Positions 1-10,974 of a stretch of 64,000 nt of DNA are shown piece by piece. The notes below the pieces were generated by a model. That model had not been told where the DNA came from and did no database searches. It saw only the letters and a list, made by a program, of their open reading frames with translations. Both the position numbers and the translations under genes were made by a program. Every line of letters starts with the position of its first letter. The stretch's first letter is position 1. The DNA is from an uncultured Spirochaetota bacterium (lineage in GTDB: Bacteria; Spirochaetota; Spirochaetia; SZUA-6; Fen-1364): positions 928,001 through 992,000 of the forward strand of contig CAVTHO010000007.1 of NCBI GenBank assembly GCA_963734545.1, given 5' to 3'.

Positions 1-583
1 GAAAAGACCGTCGAGAAAGCGCGGGAGTATTTTCACACCTACGGGTACCGCGGCGCCTCGCTCTCCGCTCTGATCGCCGAGATCGGGATCTCCAAGCCCA
101 CCTTCTACAACTACTTCAAGAACAAGGAAGAGCTGTTCAACACGGTCATGCTGGAGACGTACAACGAGTTCCACTACCAGTACAACCAGCGCGCGAAGTC
201 GGCGCCGAACGCCATGGAGAAGCTGGACATTTTCATCACGACTTTCGCGTGGTTCCTGGACTCATACCCCATTTTCCGGGACCTTTTCAAACCAGGGAAC
301 GACCTGCTTGCCCGCTGGGCGGAATCGCGCTACTCGAAGGACTTTTTTGCCGAAGGAGTGGAGATGGTGCGCTCGATCCTCGCAGCAGGGCATCGAGCAG
401 GGCATCTTCGGCGCAGAGATCGACGTGGACGAATGCGCGCTGCTTCTCTATTACCTCGTGCACTCCACCCTGTCGAATGACCCGAACCTTTTCCGCAGGC
501 AGGGACAGGCGGAAGTCAGGATCGACGCGCGGACCCTCGTGAGGGTGCTCGGCCGGGGAATCCTCGCGCGCGACTCCCGCTGA
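1..583 (+). CDS. TetR/AcrR family transcriptional regulator (5' truncated, one apparent frameshift ~385)
   Basis: Frame 1 from base 1 reads EKAREYFHTYGYRGASLSALIAEIGISKPTFYNYFKNKEELF, a TetR HTH; C-terminus (QGIEQGIFGAEIDVDECA) continues in ORF 308..583. Confidence 0.85.
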
Positions 584-596
584 AGCTCTCTCCTTT

Positions 597-1250
597 TCAG
601 TTCCTGAGGGCGCGTGGAAAACGCATTCCAAAAAAGGACAATGCCGTCAGCAGGGGAACGACCGCGAGCAGGATCGCCAATCCCGCCCGGTTGATGCGAG
701 AGAAGAAGCTGGATAAACTGAGGAGAAGCGCGAGCCCCGCGGCCGCCCCGCAGAAGAGCGCCCCTTCGGTTCCTTCCCAGCGATAGTACCTCTGCGCAAG
801 CAGGGACACGAGCAGAACAGCCGCCAGCCTGAGCGTAGGCAGGACAAAGAGCGCGTATGCGTCCCAACTGCCCGAGGCGGAGAAGGCATCCGTGAGACTC
901 AGCATTCCGAAGAAACCGGACAGGTAGGCAAAGACCGTCAGGAAAATGGTCTCCTCATCCCGGGAGATGCTCAGCCGCTTCTGGAGAAGAAGAAACCCGC
1001 CCAGCGCCGCAAGCAACGGCACGAGGTGGTCATGCTGCAGCAGCGAAAGGTAGAGAAGGAGACCCTCGTAGGAGAAGCCGAATATGCCGCGCACGAGCAG
1101 GATCACGAGGTACGCCGGCAGGAAAACGAGCGCGCCCTTGAGAAGGGTCGCCATGAGTGCAAGCGTGCGCGGCGCCCGGGCCTGGTTCCACGGAAGGAAT
1201 GCCACGAGGGCAAAGAACAGGGGGAACGCGGCGATCAGGTAGAGGACCAT
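597..1250 (-). CDS. hypothetical multi-pass membrane protein
   Basis: ORF 597..1289 with about 7 hydrophobic segments; likely start at MVLYLIAAF. Confidence 0.7.
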   Translation of the reverse strand: MVLYLIAAFPLFFALVAFLPWNQARAPRTLALMATLLKGALVFLPAYLVILLVRGIFGFSYEGLLLYLSLLQHDHLVPLLAALGGFLLLQKRLSISRDEETIFLTVFAYLSGFFGMLSLTDAFSASGSWDAYALFVLPTLRLAAVLLVSLLAQRYYRWEGTEGALFCGAAAGLALLLSLSSFFSRINRAGLAILLAVVPLLTALSFFGMRFPRALRN

Positions 1251-1321
1251 GGTGGCGGCGATCTTAGCAGAGGGTATGCAGTGTGACAAGCCGGCGCCTC
1301 ATCATCCAATTCCCTTTCATT

Positions 1322-1380
1322 TCGTGCCTGTATTCACGATTTCTTGACAAAATTGGTCTACAATGATTAGATAATGACCA
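1322..1380 (+). promoter_or_regulatory. hydrogenase operon promoter region with TCGTG-N8-CACGA palindrome (Rex/CRP-like) next to TTGACA
   Basis: TCGTGCCTGTATTCACGA at 1322-1339; TTGACA at 1344-1349; AT-rich divergent intergenic region; -10 element ambiguous. Confidence 0.45.
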
Positions 1381-1435
1381 CACAGTTGCCGCGTTCATGT
1401 TGTTGCGACGTCCGACAAACGGAGGAAGCCCTGAT

Positions 1436-2426
1436 ATGCAGCAGGCCATCCCTGTAGAGAAGATCCCGGATGCTGTCTCGATCCTCGGCAAGAAACGCCG
1501 CGTCGTTGCCCCTGTGTCCAAGGGCAAGAGCTTCGTCTTCTCCGTGATCGACAACCCGGCGGCCGTCATCATCGACTATCCCACCACAATCCTTCCGCTG
1601 AAGAAGTTCTTCCTCCCTCCCACCGAGGTCCTTCTCCGCTACAATCGGAGCAGCCAGGCAGTCTCGGCGCCCGCGTTCGAAGCCGAGAGCACGGTCTACT
1701 TCGGCATCCACAACTACGAGCTGCAGGGTCTGCTGCGGCTCGACCACGCGTTTCGCACCGGGGTGCACGACGACACGTGGCAGGCCCGGCGGCAGGGTTC
1801 CCTTTTCGTCGGGGTCGAGTTATGTCCCCGACGAGCATCACTTCGCGGAGTCAGTCGGCATACCGACCACCTTGAAGGAAGGTTTCGACCTGTTCCTCAC
1901 GAGGTTCGACGCGCACTACAGGGTGGAATCCCTCACCGAGGAAGGCGCGGCCATGATGAAGGACCTGGCGCCCGTGCTCGTCCCCTGCGACTGCGCCGGG
2001 GATCCCGTCGTCCATTTCAAGAACAAGCTCAGGCAATCGGTGGCAGGCATCAGGGAGATTTTCCACGGGGCTTACAGTCACCCCGTGTGGAAGAAGACCG
2101 CGCGGGAGTGCCATTCGTGCGGGACGTGCAACATCTGCTGCCCCACCTGCTACTGCTTCGATGTCGATGACCAGACCACCCTGGGCACGGACGAGGGAGA
2201 ACGGCTGCGCAAGTGGGATTCGTGCCAGTTCCTCTCTTTCACCGCGGTTGCAGGAGGCGAAGCGTTTCGCGAGAAAAGGCACGACCGGGTGCGCCACCGC
2301 ATGTCGCGCAAGTTCGCCTACATCACCGATGAGAAAGGTCAGCCCTTCTGCGTGGGGTGCGGCAGATGCGTGCGGCAATGCACCGCATCGATCAACATCG
2401 TCGACGTGATGAACGCCCTTCTGTAG
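1436..2426 (+). CDS. hydB: group 3b [NiFe]-hydrogenase (sulfhydrogenase) beta subunit, 4Fe-4S, AsrA-like; frameshift ~1820
   Basis: CHSCGTCNICCPTCYCF, RLRKWDSCQ and CVGCGRCVRQC motifs; GGAGG RBS. Confidence 0.88.
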
Positions 2427-2437
2427 GAGGGAACGAA

Positions 2438-3272
2438 GTGGAAACAAAGAACATTTACGTTCCGGAAATCGCCGAAATCGTCCGCGTGGAGAAGATGACG
2501 GCCATCGAGACTTTCTACGAGGTGAGACTCCCGGGAGGAAGAGACCTCGGGCACCAGCCGGGACAGTTCGTCCAGGTCTCTCTCTTCGGCATCGGCGAGG
2601 CGCCCATCTCGATCTGCTCCTCTCCGCTCAAGAAGGGCTCCTTCGAGATGGTGGTGCGCAGGGTGGGAAACGTGACCGAAGCCATCCACAAGCTCTCCGC
2701 CGGCGACAAGGTGGGCATCCGCGGGCCGTTCGGAAAGGGATTCTGCACGGAAGAGCTGCAGGGGAAGGACGTGTTGTTCGTCTGCGCGCGGGCTCGGGCT
2801 TCCGCCGCTCAAGTCCCTGATCGATACGCTCATGCACGAAAAAGAGAGAAAGAAGTTTGGACGGGTCATCATCCTGTACGGGGCGAAGTCTCCGGCAGAA
2901 TTCCTCTTCAATGCGGAACGCGCGTCCTGGGAGAAACGGAAAGATATCGATTACCGGGTCACGGTGGATCGGGCCCTGGAGGGCTGGAAGGGGCATGTCG
3001 GGGTCATCACCACGCTCATCCCCGACCTCACTCTCGACCTGGGAAAGACGGTGGCGGCCATCTGCGGCCCTCCGGTGGTGTACAAGTACGCCATTCTCGC
3101 CCTGCGCTCGAAAGGGCTGCGTGACGAGCAGATCTACGTTTCCCTGGAAAGACGGATGAAATGCGGCGTCGGCAAATGCGGCCACTGCCAGATCAACAGC
3201 ATCTATGTATGCCAGGAGGGCCCCGTGTTCAATTATGGAAAAATCCGGGACCTGAAGGAGGCCATCCGATGA
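2438..3272 (+). CDS. hydG: group 3b hydrogenase gamma subunit (FAD/NAD-binding, 2Fe-2S); frameshift ~2790
   Basis: PGQFVQVSLFGIGEAPIS, IRGPFGKGF, ICGPPVVYK, SLERRMKCGVGKCGHC. Confidence 0.9.
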
Positions 3273-4024
3273 GCAGGCCGAAGGTCGCGTTCTTCGATTT
3301 CACCTCCTGCGAGGGCTGCCAGCTTTCCAAGCTCAACCTCGAAGACGACCTGCTCGGCATCCTCGAGCTCGTGGAGATCGTCAACTTCCGGGAGGCAATC
3401 TCGGACCGACGGGAAGACTACGAGATCGCGTTCGTCGAGGGCTCAATCAGCACCCCCCACTGCGTGGAGCGCATCCACAAGATCAGGCGCCAGGCAAAGA
3501 TCCTCGTGGCGCTGGGCGCGTGCGCGCACATCGCGGGGGTGAACGCCATACGGAACCGGATGAACATCGACCAGGTCAAGGAAGAGGTGTACGGCAAAGA
3601 CAAGTACCTCTTCCCGTCCATCAAGGCCCAGGCCATAGCGGACGTGGTCAAGGTGGACTACTTCGTGCCGGGCTGCCCGATGGACAACCAGGAGCTCAAG
3701 AGGGTCCTTTCCGCCATCCTCACCGGCAAGCAGCCGTTCATCCCCGACTACGCGGTGTGCGTGGAGTGCAAGGCGCGGGAGAACGAGTGCCTGTACGATT
3801 ACGGAACCGTCTGCATGGGGCCCGTCACCCGGGCCGGATGCGGCGCTGCCTGCCCGTCCAACGGGCACTACTGCTTCGGGTGCAGGGGCGTGGTCCCTGA
3901 CCTGAACAAGAACGCTGCCCGGGACGTGATGGAGAAGTACAAGCTCTCCATGCACCAGATCAGAAACCGATTCGCAATGTTCAACTCCAACTACGTGGAG
4001 CTGGAGGAGAAGCGGGATGAGTAA
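3269..4024 (+). CDS. hydD: group 3b hydrogenase delta (small) subunit
   Basis: FTSCEGCQ, LGACA, VPGCP, VCVEC, CMGPVTRAGCGAACP, CFGCRG. Confidence 0.92.
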   Translation: MSRPKVAFFDFTSCEGCQLSKLNLEDDLLGILELVEIVNFREAISDRREDYEIAFVEGSISTPHCVERIHKIRRQAKILVALGACAHIAGVNAIRNRMNIDQVKEEVYGKDKYLFPSIKAQAIADVVKVDYFVPGCPMDNQELKRVLSAILTGKQPFIPDYAVCVECKARENECLYDYGTVCMGPVTRAGCGAACPSNGHYCFGCRGVVPDLNKNAARDVMEKYKLSMHQIRNRFAMFNSNYVELEEKRDE

Positions 4025-5350
4025 AACCGGGATGAGTGACATGAGCCTGCGCATCGAGGTCCCCTACGTCACCCGGGTGGAGGGGCACGGAAACATCGTC
4101 ATCGACATGAAGGAAGGAAAGCTGCTCACCTCCCATCTCGAGGTGGTGGAGCCTCCCCGATATTTCGAGGCCATGCTCAAGGGCTACCCGTATACGGACA
4201 TCGCGTTGATCACGTCACGCATCTGCGGCATCTGCTCCGTCGGGCCACCAGATGACGTCGCTGAAGGCCACCGAAAAGGCGCTCGGCATCGGCGTGAGCG
4301 AGCAGACCGTTCTTCTGCGCAAGCTTCTCGTCTACGCCGCCACGATGCAGAGCCACGTTCTGCACATCTATTTCCTTGCGGCCCCTGATCTCCTCGGAGT
4401 GCCTTCAGTCGTCCCGCTGGCCGCAACGCATCCGGACGTGGTCAAGATGGCGCTGCGCATGAAGAAGCTTGCCAACGACATCTGCGACAAGCTCGGGGGA
4501 AGAACCATCCACCCGAACAGGCTCGTACCGGGAGGATTCACCAGGCTCCCTTCCCTGGCCGATCTCACCTGGATCCGCACCAGGCTGGAGCAGCAGATGG
4601 TGCCGGATGCCAAGGCGTCCCTCGCACTCCTCAAGGGCCTGCTTCCGAAGTTTCCGACATTCCAGCGGGAGACGGAATACATCGGGCTGTCTCACGAGAA
4701 GGAATACGCCTTCTACGACGGTGACGTGGCCTCGACGGATGCGGGGCATTTCCCCGTGGACGACTATCTCTCCGTGACGAATGAGTTCGTCGTGCCGCAT
4801 TCCACCTCCAAGCATTGCCGGCATGCGCGGTCCTCGTACTTCGTCGGCGCGCTCGGCAGGTTCAACAACAACTATCAGCGTTTGAACCCGCTGGCAAAGA
4901 CCGTGGCGGCGGAGCTGGGGCTGGCCCCGGTGGTGAAAAACCCCTTCCTCAACACCGCGGTGCAGCTCGTGGAGACGGTGCACGTGGTGGAGGAATCACT
5001 GAAGCTCCTGGATGACCTCCTGGTCAGGGGCATCAAGGAGGAGAAGCCCGTGGTGCCGGAGAGGCTGCGGGAAGGCCGCGCCGCCGAGGCAACCGAAGTA
5101 CCCCGCGGCATCCTCTTTCACGACTACACGTACGACAACCGCGGCCAGGTGGTGAAGGCCAACTGCATCATTCCCACTACGCAGAACACCCAGTGCATCG
5201 ACGATGACATGACGGAGCTGGTGCCCTGGATGCTCGAGCAAGGGCATGACGAAAGACCAGATGACCCTGACCCTGGAGATGCTTGTGCGCGCGTACGACC
5301 CGTGCATCTCCTGCTCGGTGCATTTCCTTGACGTGGAGTTCAGGGAATGA
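4017..5350 (+). CDS. hydA: group 3b [NiFe]-hydrogenase alpha (large) subunit; frameshifts ~4245 and ~5250
   Basis: TRVEGHG, L1 motif SRICGICS, EVPRGILFH, L2 motif RAYDPCISCSVH followed by an 8-residue cleavable tail. Confidence 0.92.
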
Positions 5351-5802
5351 CGGTCATCGGTCTCGGCAACTCCGCAATGGGGGACGACGGCATCGGCGTG
5401 GAGATTGCCGAGGTTCTCGGCCGTCTGCCGCGGAGCCCCGGAGAGGGCCTGGAAGTCATCAACGCGGCAGAAGACGCTGTTCTGGCCGGCGCATGTGTCG
5501 CCGAGGGAAAGGACGTCCTGCTGGTGGATGCGGTGGACATGAAGAGTGAACCCGGCGCGTGGCAGGTCTTTTCCGCTCACGATCTTCCACAAGGTCTGGA
5601 GACACTTGAGTGTTCCACGCATTCCCTGTCACTGACGACGGTCATAGAGCTTGCGCGCGCGCTCGGGTGCGCGGATCGGCTGCGTATTCTCGGGGTTCAG
5701 GTCGGGGACGTGCGCCCGGGCCGGTTTCTCTCCCCGCGGGTAAGAGAATGCGTTCCGAAGGTAATCGCAAGGATCAGGGAGGAGGTTGAGGCGCTGTCAT
5801 GA
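5347..5802 (+). CDS. hydrogenase maturation endopeptidase (HycI/HybD family)
   Basis: GLGNSAMGDDGIG, LLVDAVD and STHSLSL motifs; overlaps the large-subunit stop. Confidence 0.9.
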   Translation: MTVIGLGNSAMGDDGIGVEIAEVLGRLPRSPGEGLEVINAAEDAVLAGACVAEGKDVLLVDAVDMKSEPGAWQVFSAHDLPQGLETLECSTHSLSLTTVIELARALGCADRLRILGVQVGDVRPGRFLSPRVRECVPKVIARIREEVEALS

Positions 5803-6182
5803 AATACATACTGATTGTCGACGACGACAGAGACGTATTCGAATCCATGAAGATCGTCCTGGAGGCAGAAGGCTACCGCGTGGAGTGGGCCACGAACGGG
5901 CCCGAGGCAATTCAGAAGGCGAAAGCGTCGAAACCCGACCTGATGATCCTGGATGTGATGATGAACAGCGACGACGAGGGTTTCCAGGTCACCTACAAGA
6001 TGAAGCAGGACAGCGATCTCTCCGGCATCCCGATCGTCATGGTGACGAGCGTCGGCTCCCGTACCGGCTTCTCATTCGACCGCGGGCGCGACGAGGACTT
6101 CCTGCCCGTGAACGAGTTCCTGGAAAAACCGGTGGATCCGCGGGTGCTCGTGGACAAGGTGCGCGAGAACCTGGGACATTAG
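5799..6182 (+). CDS. single-domain response regulator (REC)
   Basis: ILIVDDD, PDLMILDVMM, IPIVMVTS, FLEKP. Confidence 0.9.
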   Translation: MKYILIVDDDRDVFESMKIVLEAEGYRVEWATNGPEAIQKAKASKPDLMILDVMMNSDDEGFQVTYKMKQDSDLSGIPIVMVTSVGSRTGFSFDRGRDEDFLPVNEFLEKPVDPRVLVDKVRENLGH

Positions 6183-6194
6183 GCTGCGGCCGGC

Positions 6195-7263
6195 TCAGCC
6201 CCCCAGGACCGTCTGCTCGATCCTGCGCACCTGCTCCCGGTACAGCGAGACGATCTGCGTGCCGTAGTCGGCGATGAGCTGGATGATGTTGCGCGGCTTC
6301 TCCCCGTCGTCGCGGCCGTTGATCCTGTCCCCGGCATCACCGAGACCGGGAAGGATGTAGGCCTTGGTGTTCAGCACGGGATCCATCCACAGCGTGTAGA
6401 TCTCCGCCCTCTCCAGCGCGCGCACGATCCGAAGCGCTCCCTTCAGCACCGAGATGACGTTGAAGAACTTGATCGAGCGGGGCCGCACGCCCGCGGTCCA
6501 GCAGGTACTTCACGACCGTGACGAGGCTGCCGCCCGTGGCGTTCATGGGGTCCGCGAAGAACAGGTCCTTTCCGTCCAGGGCGGCGGGGTCGAAGTACGA
6601 GAGGTCGAGGTTCAGCACGTACTCCATGTTCGCCTTCTTCCTTCGTGTCGTCGCGGGAGATCTTGAACAGGGCGAAAGGCGTGACGTACCCGTGGGAGGA
6701 GTACTCCTGGATCTCCTTGGACATGATCATGGCCGGCAGGAGCGCCCCGCGCAGCATGACGCACATGACCGCGTTCTCGATGCGCTCGTCCACGTCGGGG
6801 ATCTTGTGCACGGCGAAGTTCTGCACGGGCAGGGTCACCGGCGTGCGCACGACGATGTGGTTCTTCTTGTCTCGCGTGGACGAGCCGAAGGCGAAGTTGA
6901 ACAGCAGCTCGTAGGCGCGCTGCGTGTAGTAGACGAACTCGGGATGCTCGGTGCGGGCGTCGCGGAGCTTCGCGATCAGGCGCGAGACCTCGCCGTGCAC
7001 CTCCCGCGGCGTCTCGAAGGAGTACACGTGGACGCGCGGTTCGCGGGCCACGATCTCCTGCATCTCGTGGCCCATCTCGTTGGACAGCGCGATGAGGTCC
7101 TCGGTGGCCTTCGTCGTGCTCGCGCCGCGCGGGTCGTCGTCCGCGAGCACCGTGAAGAGCTCGAGGGCTCGCCGAACTGGCGTTCATGTCCTCGATGGTT
7201 TTCTTGTCCCCGGCGGTGAGGTAGCCGTCGAGGTCCTGCGCCTTCAGATATTACCTTTGCCAT
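6195..7263 (-). CDS. upp: uracil phosphoribosyltransferase family protein with N-terminal extension; several frameshifts
   Basis: [18 protein letters not shown] (PRPP loop) and [12 protein letters not shown] spread over ORFs 6443..7150, 6337..6627 and 6195..6488. Confidence 0.8.
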
Positions 7264-7330
7264 GACATCCACGGTACAACGGCCCGCCGGGGAGTGGTCA
7301 ATCGAATGCGCCCGGTGTACTTTGCTCACG

Positions 7331-9648
7331 GTGATCAGAAAGCGCTTCCTCTTCCGCGGCACCATCCAGGGGGTCGGATTCCGGCCGGCGATCTACCGCC
7401 TGGCCGTCTCCCTCGGGCTTCCGGGCTTCGTGCAGAACCGCCGATCGGAGGTCGTCGCCGAGGTGCAGGGTGATGAGGAGGCGCCTGGGGCGTTTCGCGT
7501 CCCTGCTCGCCGCCTCCCTTCCTCCTGCCGCGCGCATCGAATGCCGTCACGTCGACGCGTGATCGAGCCGCGGACGGACGAGAACGGGTTTCAGATCGTC
7601 GAGAGCGCCGCGGACGTCTACGCCTTTCCGCCCATCCCGCCCGACCTCCCTGTCTGCGCGGACTGCGCGCGGGAGCTCCTGGATCCCGCGCAACCGCCGG
7701 TACCTCTACCCCTTCATCACCTGCACCCAGTGCGGCCCGCGGTACTCGATCGTGCCAGCGCACGCCCTTCGACCGGGAGAACACCTCGATGCAGCCTTTC
7801 ACGCAGTGCCCGGCGTGCGCGGCCGAGTACACGGACCCGGCGGACCGGCGGTTCCACTCCCAGACGAACTCGTGCGCCGCGTGCGGCCCCACGGCTTGCC
7901 TGCATCGACGCAGGCGGCAGGCCGCCGGGACGGCGATCCGCTCGCCGCGGCCGTCAGCCGCACTCGCGGAGGGAATGATCGTTGCAGTCGAAGGTATCGG
8001 CGGCTTTCACCTTGCCGCCGACCCGAGGCACCCAGGGGCCATGGCAAAGCTCCGACGGGACAAGGAGCGTGAGCGAAAACCGTTCGCGCTCATGGTCCGC
8101 GACATCGAGGAGGCCCGCGCGCTGTGCCATCTCTCGCCGATGGACGAACGGCTGCTCGTGTCTCCCGAAGCGCCCATCGTGATCGCTCCGCGAAGACCGG
8201 GCTCTCCCGCCGTGGCTCCGCGATGTCTCGGACACCGACACGCTCGGCATCATGCTCCCCTACACCCCCCTGCACCTGCTGCTCTTCCGTCACCCGGGCG
8301 TCGACGATCCCCTATGGCGCACCTGGTCATGACCTCGGGCAATCGCGCGAACGAGCCGATCATCACCGATCCCGACGAGGCGCGCGAGAAGCTCGGCGGC
8401 GTGGCGGATGTCTTCCTCTGCCACGATCGTCGGATCGTGTTCCGCACGGATGATTCCATCGTCCGCGCCGGGCGCATCCTCCGCGCCGTTTCTCCTTCGC
8501 AGATCGCGCGGGTACGTGCCGCGCCTGCTCTCGCTGGCCTCCGGATGTGCGCGGCGTCGTGCTGGGGGTCGGAGGCGATCTGAAGAACGCCCCGGCACTG
8601 GCACGCGGGCGCGACGCTCCACCTCTGCCCCTTCAACGGGGACCTGGAGGATCCCGTCACCCTCTCGCAGTTCGATGACACGATCCGGCAGGTCCTGGAG
8701 CTCTACGGCGTCACGCCGGATCTTGTCGTGCGCGACATGCACCCCCTCTACCACTCGTCCCGGTGGGCGCAAAACCTCCCCTGGCACGGGATTGCCATTC
8801 AGCATCATTTCGCCCATGCGCTTTCGGTGATGGCGGAGCACGGGCTGGAAGAAGTCATTGCGCTCACGTTCGACGGCACCGGCTACGGGACCGACGGCAC
8901 GGTCTGGGGCGGAGAGTTCCTCCATGCCACCAGGCAGAGCTTCACGCGCCTGGGGAGCTTCGCGCCCTTTGCGCTCCCGGGAGGGGAGGCAGCGGTCCTG
9001 AACCCGGCACGCATCGCATTCGCCCTGCTGGCGGAGAGCAGGGCGCCCGAATCGATGAAAGGGGCAGGAATTCCAGGGATAGACGCCCGCCAGGGGGAGT
9101 TGCTGCGTGCCATGCTCGACCGCGGCGTGAACTGCCCTGTCACCACCTCACTCGGGCGGGTATTCGACGCCGCTGCCGCCATCCTCGGCCTCGTCGAGCA
9201 GGTGACCTATGAAGGAGAGGGACCGATCAGGCTCGAGGGTTTCGGCCTGAGCGCATTCACTCCGGGGAATTCGGGGCTCGCTGAAAAGCAAGCCGCCGCG
9301 CTCCTTCCTTTTCTACCGTCTACGGGAGACGAGCGGCTCTTTCTCATCGACCCTCGCCCTCTCCTCTCTCATCTGCTGACGGAGCGGAAAGCGCGCGCTG
9401 TCCCGGCGCTTTCCCTGGTTTTTCACGAGGCCATCGCTCGCGCGTCCCTGCAGGGCGCGAGGAAGCTGCGAAGCGCCACGGGGATTTCCCGGATCGCCCT
9501 CTCGGGAGGAGTCTTCCAGAATCTCCTCCTGCGCGAGCTTCTGGTGCCCCTCTTGATCAAAGAAGGATTTGAGGTTTTCCTCAATGTGCAGGTGCCTCCG
9601 GGAGACGGCGGGCTCTCCGTCGGGCAGGCGTGGTTCCAGGAAAGCTGA
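7331..9648 (+). CDS. hypF: carbamoyltransferase HypF; multiple frameshifts
   Basis: [10 protein letters not shown] acylphosphatase domain, CADC and CPAC...DRRFHSQ zinc fingers, [42 protein letters not shown]. Confidence 0.93.
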
Positions 9649-9657
9649 GGTGTGCCA

Positions 9658-9897
9658 ATGTGCCTTGCGACTCCGATGCGGATCGAGAAACTGCTCGAGG
9701 GAGGGCGCGCAATCGTCTCCCAGGGAAACGTGCATGTGGAGGTGAACGTGTCGCTTCTCCAGAATCCGAAGCCGGGGGACCACGTCATCATCCACGCGGG
9801 GTTCGCGATAGAGACGCTGTCACTCGTCGAGGCGGAGGAACGGCTCGCCCTGTTCCGCAAGCTCGCCGAGCTTTCAGGAGAGACGGGCGGCGCATGA
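9658..9897 (+). CDS. hypC: hydrogenase assembly chaperone HypC
   Basis: MCLATP N-terminus, GDHVIIHAGFAI. Confidence 0.95.
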   Translation: MCLATPMRIEKLLEGGRAIVSQGNVHVEVNVSLLQNPKPGDHVIIHAGFAIETLSLVEAEERLALFRKLAELSGETGGA

Positions 9898-10974
9898 GCG
9901 GGGAGCGGGAGCTGGCCTCCGCGCTGGTCGCCGAGATCGAAAGGACCGCTGCCGGCGATCGGTCGTCCCGTTCGAATCATGGAGGTCTGCGGCACCCATA
10001 CCGTGGAGCTTCGGCGGCAGGGGATCCATTCACTTCTCCCGCGCGGCATCGCACTCGTGTCGGGGCCCGGCTGCCCGGTGTGCGTGACACCGGCGGGCTA
10101 CGTGGACAACGCCCTCTCGCTCGCCGAGTCGGGGCGCGCCGTCATTGCGAGCTTCGGAGACATGCTGAAGGTCCCCGGCTCGTCCGGTCGCTCGCTCGCT
10201 TCGCTTTCCGCCGGCGGGCAGGCGAAGCTCGTGTACTCTCCCGCTGAGCTCGTCGGGATTGCCCGCACGTCCGGCGCGCCCGTGGTCTTCCTTGCCGTGG
10301 GATTCGAGACGACGATCCCCACCGTCATGTCAGCGCTTCTGGAGGCTCGGGACAAGGGAATCGACAACCTCTATCTCTACACGGCTTTCAAGACCGTGCC
10401 TCCTGCGCTCCGCTTCCTCCTTGCCAACCCGGAGCATGGCATCGACGGGTTTCTCCTCCCCGGGCACGTGTCCGTTGTCATCGGAGCAGACGCCTATGGG
10501 TTCCTCGAAGGTCCGGAAGGAAGACCGGGGGTCATCACCGGCTTCGAGCCCCTCGATATGCTCCTTGGCATACTCCTGGTTCTGCGCCAGGTCCGCAAGG
10601 GCACACGCCGCGTGGAAAACGCCTACCCGCGCGCCGTGCGGCCCGGCGGTAATCCGCGGGCACGCGGCATGATGGAGCGCACGCTCGAGCCCCGGGACGA
10701 AACGTGGCGCGGGCTGGGTGTGATTCCCGGCGCGGCGCTCGGTCTGAAGCCCGCGCTTGCAGAGAGTGATGCGGCAAAGGTCTTCTCGCTTCCCGCGGCG
10801 GCGGATGCCGAAGCGCCGGGCTGCATCTGCGCGCGGGTCGTGGCAGGCATGGCGACGCCGCCCCAGTGCCCGCTTTTCGGCGCCCGGTGCACTCCCGATG
10901 ACCCCGTGGGACCCTGCATGGTTTCTTCCGAGGGAACATGTGCCGCGTATTTCCGCTACGGAGACGGGATGTGA
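9894..10974 (+). CDS. hypD: hydrogenase maturation protein HypD; frameshift near 5' end
   Basis: MEVCGTHT, SGPGCPVC, GFETT, PGHVS, GPCMVSSEGTC. Confidence 0.95.

Noticed and set aside
5280-5350. Selenocysteine ([NiFeSe]) hydrogenase
   Set aside because: The L2 motif is DPCISC with TGC codons; no in-frame TGA
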